Source of the DNA: Histomonas meleagridis 2922-C6/04-290x
Taxonomy: Eukaryota > Protista > Parabasalia
Direction of reading: 5' to 3'
DNA length: 64,000 bases
Assembly: GCA_020184695.1 (NCBI GenBank)
Contig: JAANOX010000111.1
Location: 1-64,000, forward strand
Positions 32,683 to 42,168 of the stretch are shown piece by piece. The notes beneath the pieces were generated by a model that saw only the letters and a list, made by a program, of their open reading frames with translations, was not told the origin of the DNA and searched no databases. How positions within the stretch are numbered: position 1 is the first letter of the stretch; each line of letters starts with the position of its first letter. The translations under genes were made by a program, and so were the position numbers.

Positions 32683-33207
32683 ATGGTGAGCATCCAGCCC
32701 TGGTCTCTGAACGACATTTGGCACTATGGAAGAGTCAACATTGATGAATACACAGAAACATACAGCGTCCCATTTTACCTTTATTATAGCTTACAATGGC
32801 CAAAACTTGCATGGACAGCTAGAAACAACAGCAATGAAATCGTTGGTTACATTCTTGGCTCAGCAACAACAGACAAACCTGAAGCAAAAAGTGGACACGT
32901 CACTGCTGTTACTGTATGCGAAGATTATCGACGTCTTGGAATTGCATCAACACTCATGAATATGTTAGAAAAGACTTCTGATTCTTTTTACGAGGCTCAA
33001 TTTGTTGATCTTTATGTTAGACCTACAAACACAATGGCACATCAAATGTATTATAAGTTAGGATACATTTTGTATAGGCGAATAATTAATTATTATGAAA
33101 GTATAAATGAGGATGGATTCGACATGAGAAAGTCACTTTCACGAGATAAAGAAAAGAAGTTCATGATTCCTTTGGATAGACCTATTTCCAAAGATGAATT
33201 AGATTAA
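32683..33207 (+). CDS. NAA20: NatB catalytic N-acetyltransferase subunit
   Basis: VNIDEYTETYSVPFYLYYSLQWP, GHVTAVTV..YRRLGIA, FVDLYVRPTN and DGFDMRKSLSRD. Confidence 0.9.
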   Translation: MVSIQPWSLNDIWHYGRVNIDEYTETYSVPFYLYYSLQWPKLAWTARNNSNEIVGYILGSATTDKPEAKSGHVTAVTVCEDYRRLGIASTLMNMLEKTSDSFYEAQFVDLYVRPTNTMAHQMYYKLGYILYRRIINYYESINEDGFDMRKSLSRDKEKKFMIPLDRPISKDELD

Positions 33208-33421
33208 CATATAATTTTCTTTTTGGCTAAAATTTCTTCAAAACAAAAGGAAAACAATAAAAAGATACTCTTAAAACCTTTTATATTTTAGAGTTTAAAT
33301 TAATGTAAATAGACTTTTTTTGTTTCTCATATGAAAAAGTTCTAAATTGTATTCAAAATAATCGAAAACTTCAATTTTATCCAAAAAACAAATAGACAAA
33401 AAACCTGAAAGCAAACTTTTA

Positions 33422-34093
33422 TTAGAATGGGAAAATATCCCAATTTCCAAACTTCAGTTGACTGTCAAACAATCCTTCGTCTGGAAATGAAAAATCATTC
33501 AAATCAGGAGGCGACGTAACTGTAGATTGAACATCCGGAACAGGTAGAGTTTGAAGCGAAGGGGTAACATAAGGCAAGATTTCAACTTTTGGATAGTTAT
33601 TATGATTTAAATCTTGTTTTTGAAGCTTCGAACTCGACTCAATCTCTTTAGACGCAACCTTATGCTCAACAGAATCGTTCTGCATCTTTGACTTCCTTCT
33701 GGAAATCAGCATCCAACGATTTCTGAGACTATTATCAGATCGATTATTAAAGAAACGTGCTATTTTATTCCATTTGGCACCGAGTTCATCGTGCTTTTGG
33801 CAAAGCAATCGGTCCTCTTCTGGTGTCCATGGATCTCTTCTGAGTTCTGGGTTCAAGTAATTCTTCCACCTTTCACGGCACTGACGTGGATTCCTGGAAT
33901 CCATCAGCTTAGAGATAGTTATCCAGTCTTTAGGGCCAAATATAGAGACCAATTGAGATAATTTCTGATCTTCAGCTTCTGTGAACTTTACCTTAATGGA
34001 AGGAGTCCTTGGTACGCGTTGAGTGGCAAATGCGTTCGTTTCGTTGATGGCTGTTGGGAACATCATCGGGCTGAAACCATTCTCTACCATCAT
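33422..34093 (-). CDS. R2R3-Myb transcription factor
   Basis: KFTEAEDQKL..WITIS..RNPRQCRERWKNYLNP and WTPEEDRLL..KWNKIA..RSDNSLRNRW. Confidence 0.95.
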   Translation of the reverse strand: MMVENGFSPMMFPTAINETNAFATQRVPRTPSIKVKFTEAEDQKLSQLVSIFGPKDWITISKLMDSRNPRQCRERWKNYLNPELRRDPWTPEEDRLLCQKHDELGAKWNKIARFFNNRSDNSLRNRWMLISRRKSKMQNDSVEHKVASKEIESSSKLQKQDLNHNNYPKVEILPYVTPSLQTLPVPDVQSTVTSPPDLNDFSFPDEGLFDSQLKFGNWDIFPF

Positions 34094-34860
34094 TTCAGCA
34101 AAAAGCCATCCCTTATCAAAATTTGAATGATTAGAAAAAGCTCTTTGAAATGGTGGATAAAGAAGGAAAAATAAAACACGATTATCTTGGTAAACAAATT
34201 GTATTACTTCATAGTATTAAAATTTTGATTTAACTATATCATATTTTAGAGAAGTTTCAAAATGTTAATTTATTTTATTTTATCAATTTCGATATAATTT
34301 TAATTTTAATATAATATTGGTTTATGACATTATATTATCGATGTAAAATCTAATCTTCATAAGAAATTTATATTATATTTGCTGTTTATCAAGATATTAT
34401 TATTTTTAAATCAAAAAAGTAACAAAGAAAATTTCAGTTAGAAGTAACTTTTTGATAAATTATGACAATTGTCATACTCGCTTTTTGAAATAATGTTCAG
34501 CCACGTTTTTCAGAAGCCAGAAGTAAAGTTTTCTTGGGAATTAACTTTTTGAGCTGCTAAAACCTAATCGAAATAACAGTTTACAGTGCAGATCAATTGT
34601 GATTTGTTTTAAATTATAATGAACATGTCGTTTTTTCTATACATTTTGAAATTAGCTATTTTGTAGGAAACATTTTTCGGAAAATGTTATACTACTACAA
34701 TTTTTAAAGTGGTTGCAGAAAGGTTTCCCAACGATAGAATCGAATGAATGAAAAATCATCGGATTTATATTCAAAAACTGAAGTGTTTGGGAAACCTTTC
34801 TGCAACCACTTTAATAAACTCATTAATCGAAGATATGAATATTTTAAATTCTGAAGTTTA

Positions 34861-34885
34861 ATATATATATATATATATATATATA
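34861..34885. repeat. (AT)n microsatellite
   Basis: About 12 units seen directly. Confidence 0.95.
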
Positions 34886-35283
34886 TTTGATTTTTTAAAT
34901 TAATTTTATAATCAATTTGTGATCCATAGATAAGAAATGATTTCGGGATTTCACATAAAATATTATCCAATCAAATAACGATTTCAATCATTATGCAACA
35001 AATTTTGGTCTTTAACCAAAAACATTTGATTCTTATTTTTTGAATATTGGGACCAACTTTACTTTTGAAAATCATTAATTTGCAAAATTATTACTTTTCA
35101 CTGGTAAGCTAAAGAAATAGACTGATTAGTGAGACATTACACATGTGATGAAAATATGGAATTTATTTTAAAAATATATATAAAATATAAAGAAATGTTT
35201 CAAAAAATGACTTCAGTTTGATATCATTTGACAAATTTTTTTTATCACAATTTATATGACATAAAATCACCGCAACACATCAA

Positions 35284-36621
35284 ATGTGGAGGCGGCTTTT
35301 TCATGCATTTATCGGAACACCTCGTAAATATGAATATTCACCAGTAAAGTCACCAAAAACACCAACAAATAGTTCTTTTGGCGAAGAAACAATTTATATA
35401 GATTATGGAAATCCATCTGATTTTCAGCCAAAGTCACGACTTCTTGGAGACAATACATTTAATCCTGCTGATGATGCATATGCATCAAATTCATCAGATG
35501 ATTCTTCAAATGATTTTGAAAATGCCCCTGCTCCCAAAGCACATTTACTTTTTCATAAAAAAGAATCATCTAGTTCAGACAGTGAAGAATATAGACCAAG
35601 GAAAATCACATTTCCTGTTTTCCCAGATGATATTTCAAATTCTTCTTCAGATGAAAACATTCCACAACTTCCAGAGTACATCTCAAAGTTTGAGCCAGAG
35701 TACACCATCCCTACAATAAATTTCCCTGAAACGCCTGAAACACCAATTATCGAAACAAAAAGACCTTTTAAACCCAAAATCCATTTCCAACAACAGTATA
35801 ATCCATTTCAAGTTGATACCGAGTTCAAACAATTTGAAGAATCAGATTTTGAAGATTCTTTTAATGACTCAAAAATAGGGAAAAGCGATGAAAACAATAC
35901 CACAAAGCAAACATTTCCTTCCAATTCTCAAAGTCCCAAAGAAACAAGTTCTTTTATATCAAAAACTAATCCATTTGATATATCAGATTCTTCGTCAGAT
36001 TCTGATCAGCCAACAAAACCTCAAGCCATCGACGACATTAAACTTAGTGAGCTCTCTCCCAACAAAAAGCAGACAAATTCTTTCGCATCTTCATCATCGG
36101 CATCAAGCTCCACATCAAGCGACGAAGAGCTGCTAAACTTTGTGAAAAAGAAACCGTTAATATCGTTTTCACCTCACATTTCGCAGCCAAAATTTGCGAC
36201 ATTTCAACCTATAAAAATTAATTCTACTGATGGAGAAATCGATGAAAAAAACCTAGTGACAGAATACGAAAATGAAAATGAAACTTTTGAAGACTTCCCA
36301 AAGCATCCAATTAAATCTAAACCGAAATCTCAACAATTACAGAAAGTAGAATTAAGTTTTGACGATTTTAATGACGAAGATGAAAGAAACCAATTTCGTT
36401 CCGCATTGTTAGCGAAAAGTATTAACATGGAAAATAGTTCAAATGAAAATGAAAAAAAAGTTGTTTTAAATCTGAGTAATGCAAAGCCTGTTCAGTCTTC
36501 GTTTGCCACAAGAAGTGACTTGCAGAAGTCTGAGTTGAATCTTGACGCGAAACCTGTGCGATCTTCGCTGATGCCGAGAAAGGATTCGAAGTTGAGCGAA
36601 AAAAGTCCGTTTAACTTCTGA
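35284..36621 (+). CDS. Ser/acidic low-complexity protein with NPF and Phe/acidic linear motifs
   Basis: 445-aa ORF rich in S, D and E; contains YNPF, TNPF, FEESDFEDSF, FEDF and FDDF. Confidence 0.75.
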   Translation: MWRRLFHAFIGTPRKYEYSPVKSPKTPTNSSFGEETIYIDYGNPSDFQPKSRLLGDNTFNPADDAYASNSSDDSSNDFENAPAPKAHLLFHKKESSSSDSEEYRPRKITFPVFPDDISNSSSDENIPQLPEYISKFEPEYTIPTINFPETPETPIIETKRPFKPKIHFQQQYNPFQVDTEFKQFEESDFEDSFNDSKIGKSDENNTTKQTFPSNSQSPKETSSFISKTNPFDISDSSSDSDQPTKPQAIDDIKLSELSPNKKQTNSFASSSSASSSTSSDEELLNFVKKKPLISFSPHISQPKFATFQPIKINSTDGEIDEKNLVTEYENENETFEDFPKHPIKSKPKSQQLQKVELSFDDFNDEDERNQFRSALLAKSINMENSSNENEKKVVLNLSNAKPVQSSFATRSDLQKSELNLDAKPVRSSLMPRKDSKLSEKSPFNF

Positions 36622-37006
36622 TTGTTATTAATAAATGTTTATATAATGTAAATATTTACAAATGTTTCAGTGAATGATTTAAACCTTATCAAAGCCATTT
36701 CCATTGCACATTGATGACGTGAATGTAAACGCTGTTAGACTTCTTATCAACAATTTTTGGTAATTTTTTAAAAATGTAGACATTGAAATGCAGGTTTCTT
36801 TATAGTAATTTACATGACATTGTTAATAAAGTTTGTCCAGTTTTCAGGATGCATTAATAAGGAATTTTGATTATTGTCGTGTTGATGTTTACATATACAT
36901 TGTAACCAATATAACCAAAATTCAAAATCATACTTTATATAACCAAATCCATGTTTCTTCAATTGAATTTTATTCTTGAACCGAACATTCAGTTTCATTA
37001 CATATA

Positions 37007-38205
37007 GGGGGTGCAAAAAGTTCTGACCCCTTTTTTTTGATGAATAAAAAAGATATTTATCACTTATTCATATTTATTTAAAGAAGTGGTCTTCGTGATT
37101 TTTAATCACCTATTTAGGTCTTTTTATCTTTGATACAAACATAGTTAGAGCTCTCCAAAAGTGGCAATTCCAAATGTGCAAATAATTTCATTTTTTAAAT
37201 CATTTTATGTATTTTTCTCCATACTTTAATTTTCTTTAACCATTCCAAAGAATTGTACTATCTCAAATCTAATGACTGATAAATATAAGAATTTCTTTTA
37301 AGGCTTTTCTCTTTAGATTTTTGAATTATATATTTTTTTTAATATTAACGATACAGTTAAACCAAAATAGTTTTATCTTTTTCATATGAATCCATTTTTT
37401 TTAATAATTAGTATTTTCAAAAAATTATATATAATTTGATTCATTAAGTATTTTAGATTAAATTTGTATTTATTTTATGATCCGTATATCCATATCATTT
37501 CTGTGTAATTGATAAAATAATTATTTAAACATTATTTTTTACATTGAATTTTCTTATATTTCATCATTGATACTTTATTACCTAATTCTCTCTATATTTT
37601 TCTATACTCATAAAAAAAATTCTTTACTAATCTCTAATAAAAATTGTATTAAAAATATTTTAAAACTTTAATAAATTCATCGGAATATTCTTCCCTTTTC
37701 CATGTATCGTTTGTTGATAGCATCTGAAGATCTTCCTTCTTCGATATTTTTTTACGACAAAGTATTTATAAAAATTTTCTTTTCTTATATTATATGATAC
37801 TCCTATTTCTTATTCAATATATTTTATGGATAATAATGACTATTCATTAAAATGCTTCCATGATTTTATTAATTATATTAAATTTATGCATTTTTCCACA
37901 CAAAAAATCATTGTAAATTAGGCTATCTAAAAAAATTTCTATAATATTATTCAGAGACTATATTAAAGAAAAGAAGTTTTTGTTTTTCTCTAAACTAATT
38001 GATACCATATTCTTTGTAGAAAATTATATTTGATGACATTTTTGAGTTCCAACTCTTTCATTCCATTTAAAGATCAAAAAAGTGACTATTTTGAGTGGGG
38101 AAAAGATTCAAAAACTTTCATAAAACGCACACAGAGTTCATTCATTATTATTTGTTTTTCTTGATCAAGAGGATGTCGAGAAAGTGGACATGACTTTATG
38201 CACCC
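37007..38205 (-). mobile_element. Highly decayed Tc1/IS630-like element
   Basis: TA-flanked GGGGGTGCAAAAAGTTCTGACCCC at 37007-37030 with a 17/22 inverted match at 38184-38205. The minus strand at 37236-37275 reads SLDL..IVQFFGMVK across a frameshift, resembling SPDLNPIE..W..K. Confidence 0.45.
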
Positions 38206-38293
38206 AAAAAGTTTTTGGTTTGTATTGATCACAAATCATTAACGATGTAAAATTTCGTACAAAAATATTTATTACTTTAACTCACACGCTCGT

Positions 38294-41242
38294 TCACTTC
38301 CCGTTGATCTGCCACACGTTCATTACTCCCAAGTCGTCTCCTGACACGAACACTCCGCCGCACTGCGCAGCGCACGTGACGTTTCCCGAATGCTGATGCA
38401 GCGACGGATACTTTGACCTTATGGAGGTATCATAGTTAAACGGATGTACGATTCTTTCCAAATTAGTTTTTTCCGAATCTAATATCATAGTGTTACCCAA
38501 ATCGGAAAAGTGGAAACATGGCATCTTATCCAAAGGCGATAGATACGAAACACTTTTATCGTCTATAACAAGTGCGCCTCCTTTATATGACAAAACAAAA
38601 TTTGAAGGCCCATCGTACGTCAAAACCGCTTTTGTTAACGGTTCCCGAATCATTTCAATGCGTTGGCGGTTTTGCACAAAAAGTGAACAACCGCTGTCAG
38701 AGTACGCTGGGATAACCATATCAACAGAAGGCGTTTCTAGAATCCAAAATGGCGTAAACATCCTTAGATCTACGAGTGAAACTAAGCCTTCTTTAAACCC
38801 AACTCCAGCTAAATAAGAATTGCCTGGCCACGTGCATATATCACTAATACCATTTGATTTAAACCTAAAAGATGCATTACTTCCCTTGTCACGTAAGTCA
38901 TATAGTGATAGTAGACCACTTTTATGTGAACATAATAATACTGATTCATGGATTTGTCTTATTTGAGTTAATATCTCATTACGTGGCTGTTCAACAATCA
39001 TTTTACGTCTTGTTTGAAATTCAAATGCTTCAATTGCTCCGTTATCAAATCCTAAAACAAAATGTGTTGCTGACAAAGGTTGTGCAGCTGTAATATTGTT
39101 ACGTGTAATATGTGAACTTTGCTGAGACGGTTGTTGTAATTGTTGGTCAATTGGATTTAATAAATTAATCCATCTAATTCTATTATTTGCGCCCACAATA
39201 ATACATTGTGTTCCATGTGCTGAACCAAAGATATGTTTTATAGGAACGACTTCATTACATCTAAAGCTTGTTAAGAATTTTGGATTTGGGTTTTCAATTG
39301 ATTTTCGCGGGTAAATCGGTTTATTTGAGTTAGTAAACAAAAAGTTGCTTTTGAATACCTTTTTGTGTTGTTTCGGAGTTCTTTCTGAATTTTGTGGGGC
39401 GAATAGCAGTTGTTGTAAAAACGAGTCTTGAATTTCTTTCGGCGAATTGTCAATTAACTTTTTCATATAATACAAAAGTAAATTGTTGCCGATCATTTGG
39501 TTCTGAATTGTACCGAAGAAACCGTAAATGATGTCAATGCTGATCATTTTCTGCTTGATCATAGAGTCCAATAACGAAAATATGTTAATTAAAAGTTGAT
39601 TTGAAGGATTGTAAGTAACCATATCATGTAAACAAAGAAGGATCTTTTCTTGGAAGAAATCAGAATACTTTTGACGTTGACTTCTTTTAGCATATTTATA
39701 GAATGTCGAAACTATCTTTAGTATTTCAATCTTAAATCTTTCATCAGGCAAATTGACATTTGATAATATAATGAAATAAAATGAAGACAAAATACTAAAG
39801 TCAGAATCTTTTGCTATTGACCGTAATGATCGTGATAACGATTGAAAGATCTCAAAGTTATTAATCGTCAAAATTTGTGAAAATGCATGAATGATATCTT
39901 TCCTTGATTTCGGGAAAAGTTTTTTGATTAATAAAACAAATGGTGGAATAAATTTGGCAAAGACAACTTTGTCTTGTCCTGTAAACTCAGACCATAATGA
40001 ACTAAATTCTACTTCCAAATAATCATCGAAGAAGTTCGATAAGTCTTCGGGCACCTCATCGACGGTTTTAAGTACATCAATTATGCCAAAAAGTGCCGAG
40101 TGAAGTACTATCGGCGATTCAAATTGAGTGAAGTACATCAGCAATGGGATAACTCGTGTAAGCTTTAAACTATCAGTCATACGAGAAGATATCTCGGAAA
40201 CAAAATTAAGGCCCATAATAATAGTATTAAAGTTTTTGGTTTGAAGTAAAATATCAGAGATTAAGACAAAGACAATGATAATCGTGTTGCTTTTGGCAAG
40301 TAATAATAATGCACGAAGCTCATTCATGATTGATTCTGAATTATCTTTAGATTGCTTACTTAAGAGCAAACGTGCAGCTTCATAAAAGCTATCAAAATGT
40401 TCAATGAGCTCATTATCAGTAATTCGTTTGGAAGGATCAATCTCGAGAAGTTTATACAAAAGTGACTTGACGGTTTCATCAGTGATTTTGGAAAGTGACG
40501 CTTCGATGTCATATTCCCCATTTTTGTAATTAATAAGATCATCAAGACTAAATAAATGCTTACCATTGAGGTAGAGATATGCAACAGAACAACCTAAGCT
40601 AAACATATCAGAAATTTTAAGATCAACTTTTGATTCATTATCTTCATCAATCCTTTCAGGTGCAAGACAACATCCAGTATCATTGGTGGTGAAAAAATGA
40701 TAAAAGAAATGACGCATTTTTGGATCAATTTTGGTTGGCTTAAATGGTGCTGGATCTGTAATAAAAGTTTCTAAGTTACGATTAATAAAAATATTGTTAG
40801 GCTTTAGGTCTCCGTGGAAAAAGCTAGAGTTGTGGAATTGTTGGAGAATTTTTGCAAGTTGATAAAAAATGAACATTTTTTCCGAATCTTCAAGAGGAGG
40901 TTGTTGGAAGAAAGAAAAATCAACAAGGTTTCTTTCAAGCTTTTTTCGAATTAGAATGACATAATCTTCTTGAAGAAAAATTTGTGAATAATTTACAATA
41001 CCTGGAACTGTATTCGATAGAGATCTAAAGAAACTGAGAGAAAATTTTGCTTCTTGAAGCTCCCTCAGTTGATGATATTTATACCCCTTTATTATGTATT
41101 CAACTGATGAACCTATTTTTTTCCCATCATATTTCATGAAAAATGTTCCACTGCCCTTGAATGGCTCGATGATGAATTTGTACTTTTTTAAGGGTGCAGA
41201 AATCCAATCTTCGTAAGAACTAACTGAAATAGAATTCCCCAT
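38294..41242 (-). CDS. VPS15: Vps15/PIK3R4 (kinase-like, HEAT and WD40 domains)
   Basis: MGNSIS myristoylation-type start; KMFIFYQL, HGDLKPNN, TDPAPFKP and CLAPER; HEAT middle region and WD40 C-terminus. Confidence 0.9.
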   Translation of the reverse strand: MGNSISVSSYEDWISAPLKKYKFIIEPFKGSGTFFMKYDGKKIGSSVEYIIKGYKYHQLRELQEAKFSLSFFRSLSNTVPGIVNYSQIFLQEDYVILIRKKLERNLVDFSFFQQPPLEDSEKMFIFYQLAKILQQFHNSSFFHGDLKPNNIFINRNLETFITDPAPFKPTKIDPKMRHFFYHFFTTNDTGCCLAPERIDEDNESKVDLKISDMFSLGCSVAYLYLNGKHLFSLDDLINYKNGEYDIEASLSKITDETVKSLLYKLLEIDPSKRITDNELIEHFDSFYEAARLLLSKQSKDNSESIMNELRALLLLAKSNTIIIVFVLISDILLQTKNFNTIIMGLNFVSEISSRMTDSLKLTRVIPLLMYFTQFESPIVLHSALFGIIDVLKTVDEVPEDLSNFFDDYLEVEFSSLWSEFTGQDKVVFAKFIPPFVLLIKKLFPKSRKDIIHAFSQILTINNFEIFQSLSRSLRSIAKDSDFSILSSFYFIILSNVNLPDERFKIEILKIVSTFYKYAKRSQRQKYSDFFQEKILLCLHDMVTYNPSNQLLINIFSLLDSMIKQKMISIDIIYGFFGTIQNQMIGNNLLLYYMKKLIDNSPKEIQDSFLQQLLFAPQNSERTPKQHKKVFKSNFLFTNSNKPIYPRKSIENPNPKFLTSFRCNEVVPIKHIFGSAHGTQCIIVGANNRIRWINLLNPIDQQLQQPSQQSSHITRNNITAAQPLSATHFVLGFDNGAIEAFEFQTRRKMIVEQPRNEILTQIRQIHESVLLCSHKSGLLSLYDLRDKGSNASFRFKSNGISDICTWPGNSYLAGVGFKEGLVSLVDLRMFTPFWILETPSVDMVIPAYSDSGCSLFVQNRQRIEMIREPLTKAVLTYDGPSNFVLSYKGGALVIDDKSVSYLSPLDKMPCFHFSDLGNTMILDSEKTNLERIVHPFNYDTSIRSKYPSLHQHSGNVTCAAQCGGVFVSGDDLGVMNVWQINGK

Positions 41243-41484
41243 TTTTAAAAAGTGTCATAATCATAACCGTCAATTGTATCTATATGAATAAACCGTTATT
41301 TCAATACAAAAAAACAAAAAAAAGTTTTACATTCGGTTCATATTGCTTAAAACACAACTAATGACTTACAAAAGCATTGTATTGTGTTGGCAAATAATGA
41401 ATAGTTTTTGCGAACAAATAGTCAATAAAAAAAATTTTATTAAATTCGCAAAATAGAATATCCAATAATATGAAAGAACCAAAA

Positions 41485-41948
41485 TTATTCGGTTTGTACA
41501 CTTGAAAAGGCCCATGACACCTGTTCCTTTACATACGATTCTTCTTCTGGAGTTAGATCGTTTTCAATATTTAAAATTTCTCTCATCTGATGTTAGAACT
41601 TAAAAATACTTCTTCAACTGTTCTTGATTTTTCAATCATTTTGGTTGTCATCTGGATGATTGCATTAGTGAGATCATCAATTTCAAGGAAAAAAGAAGCT
41701 GTTAGCAATTTTCCAAAATCTCCACACTCTTCTAGAAAATCATTAATCCAATATTTTTTGGGTGGATTCATTTTCATTTTCATAAATTTAATTATCATTG
41801 ACATTATTTCGGGTGTTATTTCTGGAAGCGAAACACTTGAAACTAAAAGGTGATCACCTGCAATACGTGAAAGAAATTTTGAGCATTTTATTTCTTCTGA
41901 GTTCACTTGAAAAATCACTTCTCCACAACATATGTCTATTAGAGACAT
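41485..41948 (-). CDS. SKP1: Skp1-family protein, two exons (146 aa)
   Basis: Exon 1 is 41948-41610 and exon 2 is 41586-41485. The spliced product ends KSRTVEE|MREILNIENDLTPEEESYVKEQVSWAF, the Skp1 C-terminal motif missing from the unspliced ORF. Confidence 0.85.
41587..41609 (-). other. 23-nt spliceosomal intron
   Basis: GTATTTTTAAGTTCTAACATCAG: GT-AG with CTAAC close to the acceptor; its removal restores the Skp1 frame. Confidence 0.88.
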
Positions 41949-42168
41949 TTCTTTTTCAATTGAATTTTAGGGCGCCCCATTCCAAATTGTCAATAAAATT
42001 TTTTTTCACATTTATAATCTCATTATAATCATTGCATTACCTAATAATACATAATTATGTGTCAAAACAAGGCCTTTTAGTGTGTTTTTGTGCATATTCA
42101 ATTTTGATGATTTAAATGTTAATTAACATGTTATATGAAGAAAAATAAAAAATTATATTAATCAAATT

